A stretch of DNA of 64,000 nucleotides from a virus. Numbering within the stretch: position 1 is the stretch's first letter; every line of letters starts with the position of its first letter. Below the pieces are notes generated by a model that made no database searches, had not been told where the DNA came from, and saw nothing but the letters and a program-made list of their open reading frames with translations. Shown here one piece after another: positions 54,979 through 63,399 of this stretch. A program made the position numbers and the translations under genes. Location of the stretch: IMG/VR virus record IMGVR_UViG_3300028549_003662, positions 1 to 64,000 of that record; one strand, given 5' to 3'.

Positions 54979-55890
54979 CTAGTCCTCCTCGGCGAAGTGA
55001 TCGGACACGGCGTCATTGCGCAGCTCCATGCGCTCACGCTGGATGCGCTTGGCGTCTTCCAGCAGCTTCGCCAGGGTGATGGGGCTGATGTCCGCGCAGT
55101 TGTCGCGCAGCAGCTTGTACTGCTTGCGCAGGTCGACCTCGTGGCGGCGCATGGCGGTGAAGGTGTCGTCGACGAACTTCGCCCGCCCCTTGGTGTCCGC
55201 ATTGGCCAGTAGGCTCTTCGCCTCTTCCTTGGCGTAGTCGCTGCCGTAGAACCCCCAAAGGGAGTCGACTTCCTCGCCGTAGATGTCCTCGACAACAGCG
55301 CCCCACACGTCCTCGGTGAGGTACTGGTCATAGGTCTCGACCTCGTCCCGAAGCAGCTTCGTCGCCTTTTCACGGATGGCCTTGGTGGTGATCTTGCCGC
55401 CGTACTCCTTGCGGATCATTTCCGGGGTCGCATAGATGTACCCGACCTGACCGCTATCCCACGGGCAGGCGAAGCCGGAGGTGTTCATGCTGATGCCGCT
55501 GTGGTCGTAGAGGTACAGGGGCAGGATGACGCCCTTGTCGAGAACCTCCCACATTGCCTTCCTGATAGCGGCATCGGCTGTCTTCCCAGCCGCGATGAAG
55601 TTGCCGGGGTGGGCGCTCTGTGCGCGCTGCCAGCCGTTGCCGTTCTCCCAGTAGTCGATGATGTCTTCGAACTTGGGGTCGATCTCTTGCGCCAGACCCC
55701 GCAGGAACTCATCCACGTCGTTGAAGGTGTGCTCCTTATCACCCAGGCTGTAGTTGCGGTGCTTGATGCAGGCCATAATGCCAAAGTTGCTCCAATCACG
55801 CGGGCCGTCGTCCTGGCGGTCGTCCTTCACGACCTTCACGTAGTGGTAGGTGCCGGTGTCCTCGAAGTCGATGTACTCGTTACTGCTCAT
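54979..55890 (-). CDS. Conserved early-region protein
   Basis: LPLYLYDHSGISM..F.CPWDSGQVGYIY..EVETYDQYL..DS.WGFYG. Confidence 0.8.
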   Translation of the reverse strand: MSSNEYIDFEDTGTYHYVKVVKDDRQDDGPRDWSNFGIMACIKHRNYSLGDKEHTFNDVDEFLRGLAQEIDPKFEDIIDYWENGNGWQRAQSAHPGNFIAAGKTADAAIRKAMWEVLDKGVILPLYLYDHSGISMNTSGFACPWDSGQVGYIYATPEMIRKEYGGKITTKAIREKATKLLRDEVETYDQYLTEDVWGAVVEDIYGEEVDSLWGFYGSDYAKEEAKSLLANADTKGRAKFVDDTFTAMRRHEVDLRKQYKLLRDNCADISPITLAKLLEDAKRIQRERMELRNDAVSDHFAEED

Positions 55891-55895
55891 GGCCG

Positions 55896-56309
55896 TTACT
55901 CCTTCGTGTAGATGTGGATGCGGGCGGCGTTGAAGACCTCGTTGAGCTTGGCGTCGCGCAGCGGCATACGGTCGCCACGGTAGCCGACGACGCCGTCGTA
56001 GAGGTTTTCAAGCAGCGTCTCTGCCCGGAAGATGCGCGCCACCGTCGGGGTCGGCAGGTGCTTGCACAGGAACGCGGTGATGGCTGCGGCTTCGAGGTCG
56101 TAGTCCACCGCGAGGCATGGACCGTCGGGGTTCTCTTTCACGTACCGCTCAAGCGTGGTGAGTGTCAGCACCGCCTTGCCGCAGGTATCCGACGCAGCAT
56201 GTAGGGCTTGCAGATGCGCAACAGCGCCCTTCTTTACGAGCGGGTTGTCCTGCATTGCGCCTTCGATCAGTTCGGCCAGCTTGTGCTTTGCTTCCTTGAG
56301 TTCGCCCAT
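55896..56309 (-). CDS. Hypothetical protein
   Basis: RBS. Confidence 0.65.
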   Translation of the reverse strand: MGELKEAKHKLAELIEGAMQDNPLVKKGAVAHLQALHAASDTCGKAVLTLTTLERYVKENPDGPCLAVDYDLEAAAITAFLCKHLPTPTVARIFRAETLLENLYDGVVGYRGDRMPLRDAKLNEVFNAARIHIYTKE

Positions 56310-56319
56310 GATGTTCCTC

Positions 56320-56550
56320 CTACAGGCTCACGTGGCTGTGAGGTTCGGGTGCGTCGATGCGCTTGTAGGCGCGGTCCTCGCGGAACAACTCCAGCACGTA
56401 GCCCTTACCCGCAGGGAACGCGGTAGCTGCGAGGTGGTGCATGATGTTCCCAGCTTGCTTGAATTCGACACAGACGCGGCAGACCTGCACAAGCGGGGTT
56501 CCGTCAACGGTGCGCTTGCGTCTGCGGGAGACGTTGATGAAGTAGCACAT
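56320..56550 (-). CDS. Hypothetical protein
   Basis: ORF in operon. Confidence 0.55.
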   Translation of the reverse strand: MCYFINVSRRRKRTVDGTPLVQVCRVCVEFKQAGNIMHHLAATAFPAGKGYVLELFREDRAYKRIDAPEPHSHVSL

Positions 56551-56554
56551 GGGT

Positions 56555-56704
56555 TTACTTGTCCTCCTTGCGTTTGAGCACGACGTACTGCCCGGCGATG
56601 ATGATGGGCTTACACGCCTGCATCAGGTGGTTCATGAGGTTTTCGTTCATTCTGTGCTTGATCGGCGGCACGAACTTCGAGCGGGCGTTAGGATTGTGTC
56701 CCAT
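56555..56704 (-). CDS. 49-aa protein (not in ORF track)
   Basis: MGHNPNARSKFVPPIKHRMNENLMNHLMQACKPIIIAGQYVVLKRKEDK fills gap. Confidence 0.5.
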   Translation of the reverse strand: MGHNPNARSKFVPPIKHRMNENLMNHLMQACKPIIIAGQYVVLKRKEDK

Positions 56705-56705
56705 G

Positions 56706-56885
56706 CTATTCCACCCGGCACGTGCCAACGGTGTTGCCGTTGCTGTCGCGGATGAGGTGCGGTATCACGTTGTCGCGGAAGGCTTCCGCGAGGTTGTCCA
56801 AGATGCTGGCGACTTCAACGCCGGGATGCGGGCCGTCCGCGAATGCGGCGTTCTCGGTTTCGATGACGATGGTGACTTTATGCAT
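56706..56885 (-). CDS. Conserved small phage protein
   Basis: IETENAAF...EVASIL..LA....IRDSNGNTVG. Confidence 0.7.
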   Translation of the reverse strand: MHKVTIVIETENAAFADGPHPGVEVASILDNLAEAFRDNVIPHLIRDSNGNTVGTCRVE

Positions 56886-56895
56886 GATAGCGCTC

Positions 56896-57174
56896 CTAGA
56901 GGATGTTGATGTCGTTGATGAGCTTTTGAGCGCGCACCACATCAGGATGCGCGGGGCCGAGTTCGTCGGGGTTGGACTGCACGGAGAGCGTAAGCGCCTT
57001 GAGTTCCGCCAGCAGCCGCTCCGCGTTAGCGAACATCGTCGCGTAGCACTCGGCCTCGTGCTGGTTGGGGAATGCCTTGACGTTCATGGTGGCGTAGACG
57101 ACCGCGCTGTCGCCCTCGCTGACCACCAGCGTCTTGGTCCTCGCGGTGAACTGGTAGTGGACTTCCATGTTCAT
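56896..57174 (-). CDS. Hypothetical protein
   Basis: RBS. Confidence 0.65.
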   Translation of the reverse strand: MNMEVHYQFTARTKTLVVSEGDSAVVYATMNVKAFPNQHEAECYATMFANAERLLAELKALTLSVQSNPDELGPAHPDVVRAQKLINDINIL

Positions 57175-57186
57175 GCTGTGCGCCTC

Positions 57187-57801
57187 CTATGCGCTGAAAC
57201 CGTCGAGATCGTTGATGAGGTGGTCGTCCCAGGCGTCTGTGCCGAGCACGTCGAGGTTCCAGGAGAACTCGGCGTCGTCACCTGTGATGCTCCAGAAGCG
57301 ACCCTTGTTGCCTTCGCTGTCCACGAGGCTGAACTCGTACGTGGGCAGCTTGGTGTTGCGGACGTAGTGCTCGAACTCGCGTTGGAACTCTTCCCACCAG
57401 AAGTCCTCATCGGGCGGGAAGTAGCCCTCGCAGCATATGTCGTCGTCATCGTTGCTGCGGTACGCTGCCGGGAATTCCATCGCGGTCACGTTGGCCGCGT
57501 CGATGTCTAGCAGCCAGCGGTCCATATCGTCGAAGATGCCGCCTGTGCTGCCCACGACCTTGCTGCGCTCCAGGAGCGGGATGGTGATTGTGCAAGATTC
57601 GGTGCCTTCGTGATAGCCCGTGCTATTGTAGCCGGGCCGGGTCATGTACACCTCAAGCCGGGGCTCTTGCGTGTCCGTGATGAACGTGTTGAGGCGCATG
57701 GACGGGTTGGTCATGCTGTTCTTGCACAGCGGGCCAACCATCAGCAGCACAGCGCGCAGGCTGTAGTACATCTTGGTGATGGTCGTGTTCTCGTTGCTCA
57801 T
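57187..57801 (-). CDS. Acidic hypothetical protein
   Basis: 204 aa, D/E-rich C-half. Confidence 0.7.
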   Translation of the reverse strand: MSNENTTITKMYYSLRAVLLMVGPLCKNSMTNPSMRLNTFITDTQEPRLEVYMTRPGYNSTGYHEGTESCTITIPLLERSKVVGSTGGIFDDMDRWLLDIDAANVTAMEFPAAYRSNDDDDICCEGYFPPDEDFWWEEFQREFEHYVRNTKLPTYEFSLVDSEGNKGRFWSITGDDAEFSWNLDVLGTDAWDDHLINDLDGFSA

Positions 57802-57877
57802 GTTGTCCTCCTGGTGGCGAACGCAGCTTCGCCTTTTTGGGTTTCCCCGACTGGTTGCAAACAGTGTCTCACGATTC

Positions 57878-57921
57878 TAAACACCTGTCATACTCCCCTT
57901 CGGGGAGTTGACAGGTGTTTA
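57878..57921. repeat. 20-bp near-perfect inverted repeat (long hairpin)
   Basis: TAAACACCTGTCA-T-ACTCCCC-TTC-GGGGAGT-TGACAGGTGTTTA. Confidence 0.85.
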
Positions 57922-58641
57922 TGCATCAGTAGCAATAGCTTTACAAACGGTGTTGCGGCTCACGCCTAGCAGTTTAGCCACCTGCACTTTGTTCATGTTG
58001 CTGCGGTAGGCCTCACGTATCGCAGCGTAGTCGCTGTAGGCGCGCTTCACGTCGATGTCCTCCACGAGTGCCATGATGGTCGGCCTGCTTATCAGAAAGC
58101 GGCGGCTGATCTCTGTTGCGTTGCCGCACTTGCGGTATGCGGCCCTGATGGCGTCCACGGTGACTTGCGGCGGGCTGTTCTGGGGTCGCGTGGTGCGCTC
58201 CCCGTGCTTGAGCACGGTGATGACGTTTACGTTGCCCGGCCCATACGGCTGCGTGGCGTCCTTGAGCCGGATGATGTGCTTGGCCGTCACGGTGTAGCTC
58301 TGTGCGAGCCACCACGCCTTGAAGTCCTTGTAGTCTAGCCACTTCAAGCAGACACCTTGCGGGCTGCCCAGCATGTTGCGCCAGCGCACATAGAGCTTGT
58401 TGCGCTGTTTCGCGCTGGCATCGTTGCCCTGCTTTCCTGTGCGCTCATTGCGCAGGCACCCGCATGACTTTGTAGCGCCTCTGCGCAATGACTGCGACAC
58501 CGTGCAGATGATGTTCCCGCAGTCGCATTGGCAGTACACACCGACGCGAGCGCAGAAGAGCTTGCGTGACCTTGTGAAACCGATGACGGTCAGTCTGCCG
58601 TAGCGGTCATCGACCGCCACAAGCGTCTTGCGCCCCGCCAT
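57919..58641 (-). CDS. Degenerate HNH-homing-endonuclease-like protein with C-terminal HTHs
   Basis: YGRLTV, CQCDCGN, TKSCGC, VCLKW..F..W, PYGPGN; two HTHs. Confidence 0.7.
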   Translation of the reverse strand: MAGRKTLVAVDDRYGRLTVIGFTRSRKLFCARVGVYCQCDCGNIICTVSQSLRRGATKSCGCLRNERTGKQGNDASAKQRNKLYVRWRNMLGSPQGVCLKWLDYKDFKAWWLAQSYTVTAKHIIRLKDATQPYGPGNVNVITVLKHGERTTRPQNSPPQVTVDAIRAAYRKCGNATEISRRFLISRPTIMALVEDIDVKRAYSDYAAIREAYRSNMNKVQVAKLLGVSRNTVCKAIATDA

Positions 58642-59144
58642 CACGCCCACCGCATGAGGACTTCACCTTCCGGCAGCGGGCAGTTCGCTATCCACACGAT
58701 GTCGCGCTTGATGGTGAAGATGTCCGAGACATCAGGCACGTCGATGCCCTCGAAGACGTTCAGGCGCATCGTCTTGCCCTTCACGCCCTCGGTGTGCACC
58801 AGCCACTCGTAGAGGCGCATGAACTGCGCGACATCGTCCTGTTCGTGCAGCGTTATCGTCATGCCGTCGAGCAGCCACAGCACCCTGGAGACGGCGTTGA
58901 TGGTGTAGTGTGCGGTGTAGAGGAGCAGCCGCGTGTCGGGGTCGCAGACGCTGCGGATGCCGCGAACGAGTTCCCGCACCATGTCCGGGTACAGCAGCGG
59001 CTCACCGCCGGTGAGGATGATGTCCTTGTACCCTGTGAAGCCTTCAGGGCGCGGCAGCGCTTCGTAGTTGAAGCTCTTGTTGCAGCAGCCGGGGCAGTCA
59101 CGATTGCATTCCGGCCATAGTATCAGGCGCATTTTGTCGGGCAT
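58641..59144 (-). CDS. Short radical SAM protein
   Basis: CNRDCPGC, ILTGGEPLL, LYT. Confidence 0.85.
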   Translation of the reverse strand: MPDKMRLILWPECNRDCPGCCNKSFNYEALPRPEGFTGYKDIILTGGEPLLYPDMVRELVRGIRSVCDPDTRLLLYTAHYTINAVSRVLWLLDGMTITLHEQDDVAQFMRLYEWLVHTEGVKGKTMRLNVFEGIDVPDVSDIFTIKRDIVWIANCPLPEGEVLMRWA

Positions 59145-59350
59145 GTGCTCACCACTCCTTTTGCGCGATCCCGCGCATCTTTGAACGCGTTGGCCATTAC
59201 GAACATGCTCGGCGCGATGTCGCTGCATTCGAAGCCGAACTTGAACAGTTCGAAAAGGCTTTCGATTTCGTACACCTTCGGGTCTTTGTCGCCTATGAGC
59301 GTGATGCGCCGCACGAGTTCTTCGTGGTCGCCAGTGAAGTGTGCCAGCAT
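59123..59350 (-). CDS. Hypothetical protein
   Basis: RBS. Confidence 0.6.
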   Translation of the reverse strand: MLAHFTGDHEELVRRITLIGDKDPKVYEIESLFELFKFGFECSDIAPSMFVMANAFKDARDRAKGVVSTCPTKCA

Positions 59351-59353
59351 CGT

Positions 59354-59995
59354 TTATTCCTCCTCACGCTTGCGGATGTAGACGGTCCAGTTGGTGTCGA
59401 ACTGCCCGCTGTCGGTGATGACGAACAGGAAGTCATGCGCGGGAAGCTCTCTGCGCAGCGTCTCGGCTTCGACCTTGGGGTCGTCGTTCTGTCCGGCGTG
59501 GAAGCCGGTCTCGTAGCGCACACAGCCGTTGGTGTCGCGCTCCATGCACGTCCACCCCTCTGCGACCAGCACAGGGGCAAACCATCCCCAGACCGCCTTT
59601 GCGGGGTCGTTCTTGTAGGCGTCGATGATGCCACCGCGGCTGCTGTGCGCGCATTTGTAGCACCCAGCGCCTTCGCCGGGTATGTAGATGTAGTTGGGCT
59701 GCCACCCCCAGCCCGTCGGCGAGGTGTTGACGAACGCGCCGCAGTCGCAGCAGCCTTCGATTTCGTCGTAGAAGGTGCGCCTGACGGCGGGGTAGTTGCG
59801 GCGCAGGAAGCGCCCCAGGCGGTTGAATTCGGGCTTGTTCCAGTTCGCCACGACGACAAGCTCACCGCCGTCGGCTTCTTGGTAGCGGCCCCAGTTGAAC
59901 TCGCCGCTGTCACCGTCACCCCTGGCGTAGTGGTAGTCCATGAGTGCGGTGAACACGTCCTCGGTATCGCGATTCAGCTTCTTGCAGCCCATCAC
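59354..59995 (-). CDS. Conserved phage protein with CxxC pairs
   Basis: ANWN, CCDCG, SP..WGWQP, YETGFHAGQNDDP, SGQFD. Confidence 0.75.
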   Translation of the reverse strand: MMGCKKLNRDTEDVFTALMDYHYARGDGDSGEFNWGRYQEADGGELVVVANWNKPEFNRLGRFLRRNYPAVRRTFYDEIEGCCDCGAFVNTSPTGWGWQPNYIYIPGEGAGCYKCAHSSRGGIIDAYKNDPAKAVWGWFAPVLVAEGWTCMERDTNGCVRYETGFHAGQNDDPKVEAETLRRELPAHDFLFVITDSGQFDTNWTVYIRKREEE

Positions 59996-60001
59996 GACCT
60001 C

Positions 60002-60214
60002 CTAGAAGCAGCGCAGGGCGTAGCGGATCGCGCCCTTGCTCATCACGCTGCCGTCGGGGAGCGTCGTGGAGTTCGTGCTCTCCAAGTCCTCGTAGATGGC
60101 TTCAGCGGCCTTGTCCTTGTTGCCGTACTTGCGCACAGCGCGCCGCGCCATGTCATAGAGGCCTTCGTCGTTCGCGATCCAAAGGCTGACGTTCTCGTAG
60201 TTCGTGCTTGCCAT
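60002..60214 (-). CDS. Conserved small early protein
   Basis: NYENVSLWIANDEGLY. Confidence 0.7.
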   Translation of the reverse strand: MASTNYENVSLWIANDEGLYDMARRAVRKYGNKDKAAEAIYEDLESTNSTTLPDGSVMSKGAIRYALRCF

Positions 60215-60218
60215 GTCG

Positions 60219-60464
60219 TTACCCCTCCAGTCTGTAGTTGATGATGACGCGGGCGAAGTCGGCGGCGAAGGGCATGTCGTTGCGGAACTCCCGCCACGGC
60301 CCGTTGTCGAGGCTGCACATGAGCCCGCCAGCGGTATCGACGACAACATCGAAGCTGTGCCCGTTGCCCTCGTAGCTGTAGCGGGGGAGCACCTTCACGC
60401 TGCCGTCGCCGTTGTCCATGTTGAACTTGCCCTGGCTGAATCCGTTGTCGCTATTAGAATTCAC
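60219..60464 (-). CDS. Hypothetical protein
   Basis: RBS GGAGG. Confidence 0.6.
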   Translation of the reverse strand: MNSNSDNGFSQGKFNMDNGDGSVKVLPRYSYEGNGHSFDVVVDTAGGLMCSLDNGPWREFRNDMPFAADFARVIINYRLEG

Positions 60465-60792
60465 GCTGCACCTCCACGGCTTTGCCGTCCTTGTTCACCC
60501 AGGTGACGCTGTACGTGCCCACACAAGCGCACATGACGCCTTCGAGCCGCAGCACCTCCATAGCCAAGTTAGGAATCTTTATGCTGCCGCAGTCGTCCAC
60601 GATCTTGCCGTCGGCATCCGTGAACACGCTCGTGCCCATGTAGGCGTCGTAGCACTTCAAGCGAGGATGCCGCTTGAAGACACGTTCGACCTCCTGCCGC
60701 AGTATCTCCTTGCCCGCTTCAATCAGCACCGCCACAGCGTCGTCCCAGCGCCGTTCAGCGCGGCTCACGTAGTCGTGCTTGCGTCGCTTCAT
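60454..60792 (-). CDS. Hypothetical protein
   Basis: ATGA overlap. Confidence 0.6.
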   Translation of the reverse strand: MKRRKHDYVSRAERRWDDAVAVLIEAGKEILRQEVERVFKRHPRLKCYDAYMGTSVFTDADGKIVDDCGSIKIPNLAMEVLRLEGVMCACVGTYSVTWVNKDGKAVEVQREF

Positions 60793-61061
60793 CCCGGCAG
60801 CCCGCCGAAGAGAGCGTCCTTGAGCGCCTCCAGCGTGTCTGCGGGCAGGTTGATGCGTAGGAAGGAAGCGATGTGCGCGGCCTCCATGCGTGGCTGCGGC
60901 GGCAGGTACTGGCCGGTGATGGCCTCATAGCTGCGCTGGGTGAAGAGGGTGAGGACGGCCTCGCCGGGTCCGACATCGTTCTTGCGCGTTGTCACGACGT
61001 TGCGTCCGTAGAGGTCCATCTGGACTCCATTTTCCGTGGTGATGATGTCGCTGCTTTCCAT
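60789..61061 (-). CDS. Hypothetical protein
   Basis: RBS. Confidence 0.65.
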   Translation of the reverse strand: MESSDIITTENGVQMDLYGRNVVTTRKNDVGPGEAVLTLFTQRSYEAITGQYLPPQPRMEAAHIASFLRINLPADTLEALKDALFGGLPG

Positions 61062-61070
61062 GCTGTCCTC

Positions 61071-61718
61071 CTAGCGGTTAGCGGTTATGGCGTCTGCCAG
61101 CGTGGAGTAGGTGCCGTGGCCGTCCTTCTCCGGCTTGTCACACAGAACCATCATGGAGTTCGTGTACTGCGTGGCCGCCCAGAACCGGCATATGGCGAAG
61201 TGGCTGCTGATGCGGGTGACGTGGCCGTCGAAGCGGAAGATGAACAGTTCCCCGTTTTCGGTGTCGTGGTAGTAGTGCTCATCAACGGCGTCGAACATAC
61301 CCAGGCACTTGATGATTTCGTTGTTGGCCACCATAGCGGAGCACGCCGCATTGAGCATGTTCGTGCTGTGCCGGGTATCTTCCTGGCTGTTCACGATCAT
61401 GAATCCGCGCTCGACGAACACGCCGTTGGTGTAGTGGATGACGACAGGCATTGTCATCCCCAGGGCCGCCATGACCATGTGCAGTTCATCCGCGAACATG
61501 TCGATGATTTCAGCGCCATTCTCCGTGAAGGCGTACTGGCCTTTGCCGGGCTGCGAGGTGACGACGACACGGCTGGGCTGGTAGTCGTCACCGTAGATGC
61601 TCTTGAGTTCGCGGATGATTTTACGTGCCGTCTCCGGCCCGTCCTCCCAGCCCTCTGCGACGTTGCGCAGCACGATGAGTTCGTCGAAGGTGAAGCTGCC
61701 CAGATTGGCGTGAAGCAT
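61071..61718 (-). CDS. Hypothetical protein (directly downstream of ribozyme)
   Basis: AAGGAGG RBS; 215 aa. Confidence 0.75.
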   Translation of the reverse strand: MLHANLGSFTFDELIVLRNVAEGWEDGPETARKIIRELKSIYGDDYQPSRVVVTSQPGKGQYAFTENGAEIIDMFADELHMVMAALGMTMPVVIHYTNGVFVERGFMIVNSQEDTRHSTNMLNAACSAMVANNEIIKCLGMFDAVDEHYYHDTENGELFIFRFDGHVTRISSHFAICRFWAATQYTNSMMVLCDKPEKDGHGTYSTLADAITANR

Positions 61719-61736
61719 GTTGCCTCCTTTGTGCGG

Positions 61737-61813
61737 GTGTCTGCCTCGTCAGCGCCGGGAGACTATCTCCGGCGTATCGCCCCTGCTCCTACAGGGGCGA
61801 TTTCGGCTCACAC
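61737..61813 (-). ncRNA. Type II hammerhead ribozyme
   Basis: GUGUGAGCC-GAAA-UCGCCCCUG[UAGGAG]CAGGGGCGA-UA-CGCCGGAGA[UAG]UCUCCCGGCG-CUGACGA-GGCAGACAC: full core and three stems. Confidence 0.88.
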
Positions 61814-62149
61814 TTCCTTGTCGCGTCTCCAGTACTTCTGCACGATGCCGCTGATGGCCTCGGTGATAGCGTCGTGCCCGGCGTCGCCCACATGCTGCCA
61901 GTCGTCCATGCACAGCATGTCGCTCACGGTGTCGTCAACGACAGCGCGCTGGGCGTCTGTGAGTTCAGCGTAGACCTGGCGGGCGTGTTCTTCCCGGACA
62001 CGCTTGGCGATGCCGCTGATGAGCGCGCCCAGCTTCTTGTGCGCGGCCAGGAAGCCGTTGTCGAACTCGTTCGCGCAGGGCATGTTTGCGATGATCTCAT
62101 CGCAAGCAGCGGCGATTTCCTCCAGGGCTGTGATGTGCTTGTCTTCCAT
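61808..62149 (-). CDS. Hypothetical protein
   Basis: RBS; stop codon lies in ribozyme stem II. Confidence 0.7.
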   Translation of the reverse strand: MEDKHITALEEIAAACDEIIANMPCANEFDNGFLAAHKKLGALISGIAKRVREEHARQVYAELTDAQRAVVDDTVSDMLCMDDWQHVGDAGHDAITEAISGIVQKYWRRDKEV

Positions 62150-62152
62150 GTG

Positions 62153-62791
62153 CTAGGCCTCCTTGGTGAGGTACTCTGCGTAGATGCAGCCGTCGGGGCC
62201 GTCCTCGTAGTCCTGCTCGGCAGCGCGCTGGATGAAGTCCATGTCGCTCTCGCCTTCCGCGACCTCGTACCCGGCGTTCTGGTAGCCTTCGTAGGCGTTC
62301 TCGGTTCCGGCGATGTAGTCGGCGATGATGGCGGCAACGAACTCCTGGCGGGTGCGTCCCGTGGCGGGAACAGCGGCGGCGAGTTCGTTGTATGCTCGCA
62401 TGAGGCACTCGTTGCTCCAGCGCGCGCCGCCAAGCCCGCATGTACTGTTCACCACCGCCCAGCCCGACCCGGCTTCACCGCCTTCTGCGTTCGGGCTGTA
62501 GTGAACGGTGACGACATCGTTGATCTTCGCGTACTGCATGAGCAGTTCGAGTTCAGCTACGAAGGCGTCGATGTCGCCGCAGTCGCAGTGGTAGGCCTCC
62601 TTGCGGATTTCGAACACGTCCACGTAGCTGGGTGCGTATTCGGCACCGTGTGCGTCCTTGAGGGCTTCCGTGACCTCGCGCACCCAGGTGCCTACGATGT
62701 CGTCCTCGTCGCAGAGTTCGTCGTGCGTGATGTACTTCAGCGCCAGGATTTGTTCCGGCGTCCAGCCCGCCAAGCTAACGATAATACCCAT
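62153..62791 (-). CDS. Highly acidic hypothetical protein
   Basis: GAGGAGG RBS; D/E-rich. Confidence 0.7.
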   Translation of the reverse strand: MGIIVSLAGWTPEQILALKYITHDELCDEDDIVGTWVREVTEALKDAHGAEYAPSYVDVFEIRKEAYHCDCGDIDAFVAELELLMQYAKINDVVTVHYSPNAEGGEAGSGWAVVNSTCGLGGARWSNECLMRAYNELAAAVPATGRTRQEFVAAIIADYIAGTENAYEGYQNAGYEVAEGESDMDFIQRAAEQDYEDGPDGCIYAEYLTKEA

Positions 62792-62792
62792 G

Positions 62793-63122
62793 CTACCCCT
62801 CCTCGGTTGTGTACTTGAGGCCGTTGCTGGTTTCGTTTTCGAGCACATGCTTCAGCGCGTTTATGGAACTCGCGCTGTAGTTGCTCCTGATGAGGCTACG
62901 TGCGAGGTCGCACACCGCGTCGTAGTTGTTCAGGGCTTCCAGGATGTGCTCGGCTTGCGCGTTCTTGGGCAGGCGCTCCGTGCACAGGTGGCCCACGAAG
63001 GTCGGGCCGCCTTCGCCGCCGCAGCACTCGCAGCGCGGCAACGTGTAGGTCAGCGTCTGCGCCCTGGTCGGGGTGCTGTGCGGTTCAGACAGCGCCCAGA
63101 GTGGGTTGCGTTTATTGGTCAT
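62793..63122 (-). CDS. Hypothetical protein
   Basis: RBS, CxCC. Confidence 0.6.
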   Translation of the reverse strand: MTNKRNPLWALSEPHSTPTRAQTLTYTLPRCECCGGEGGPTFVGHLCTERLPKNAQAEHILEALNNYDAVCDLARSLIRSNYSASSINALKHVLENETSNGLKYTTEEG

Positions 63123-63124
63123 GC

Positions 63125-63394
63125 CTATCCGCCCTCCAGGCGATTGAGTAGTGTGCGGATGCGCTTGCCGTCGAACTCCGGGTCGAGCGAACCCTGCTCA
63201 AGCAGGTGCAGGACGGTCTTGAGTTCGTCGCGCATTTCGGGCGCGGCCACAAAGAGCTTGGCGTAACGCTCCGTCTCGGCGATGGACAGGTCAGGCGCGC
63301 TTTCGCTATCCATCAGCGCCACGCAGCGCACAGTATCCTCGTCCAGCTTTTCGTAGATGCCGAAGAAGTCATCGGTGTAGAACAAGTCGCCCAT
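63125..63394 (-). CDS. Hypothetical protein
   Basis: AKLFVAAPEM..L motif. Confidence 0.7.
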   Translation of the reverse strand: MGDLFYTDDFFGIYEKLDEDTVRCVALMDSESAPDLSIAETERYAKLFVAAPEMRDELKTVLHLLEQGSLDPEFDGKRIRTLLNRLEGG

Positions 63395-63399
63395 GTGCT

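Noticed and set aside
57885-57915. GTCAACTCCCC resemblance to the 5' end of IscB omega/HEARO RNA
   Set aside because: Only a short match, lies downstream of the ORF, and the protein lacks IscB RuvC/PLMP motifs
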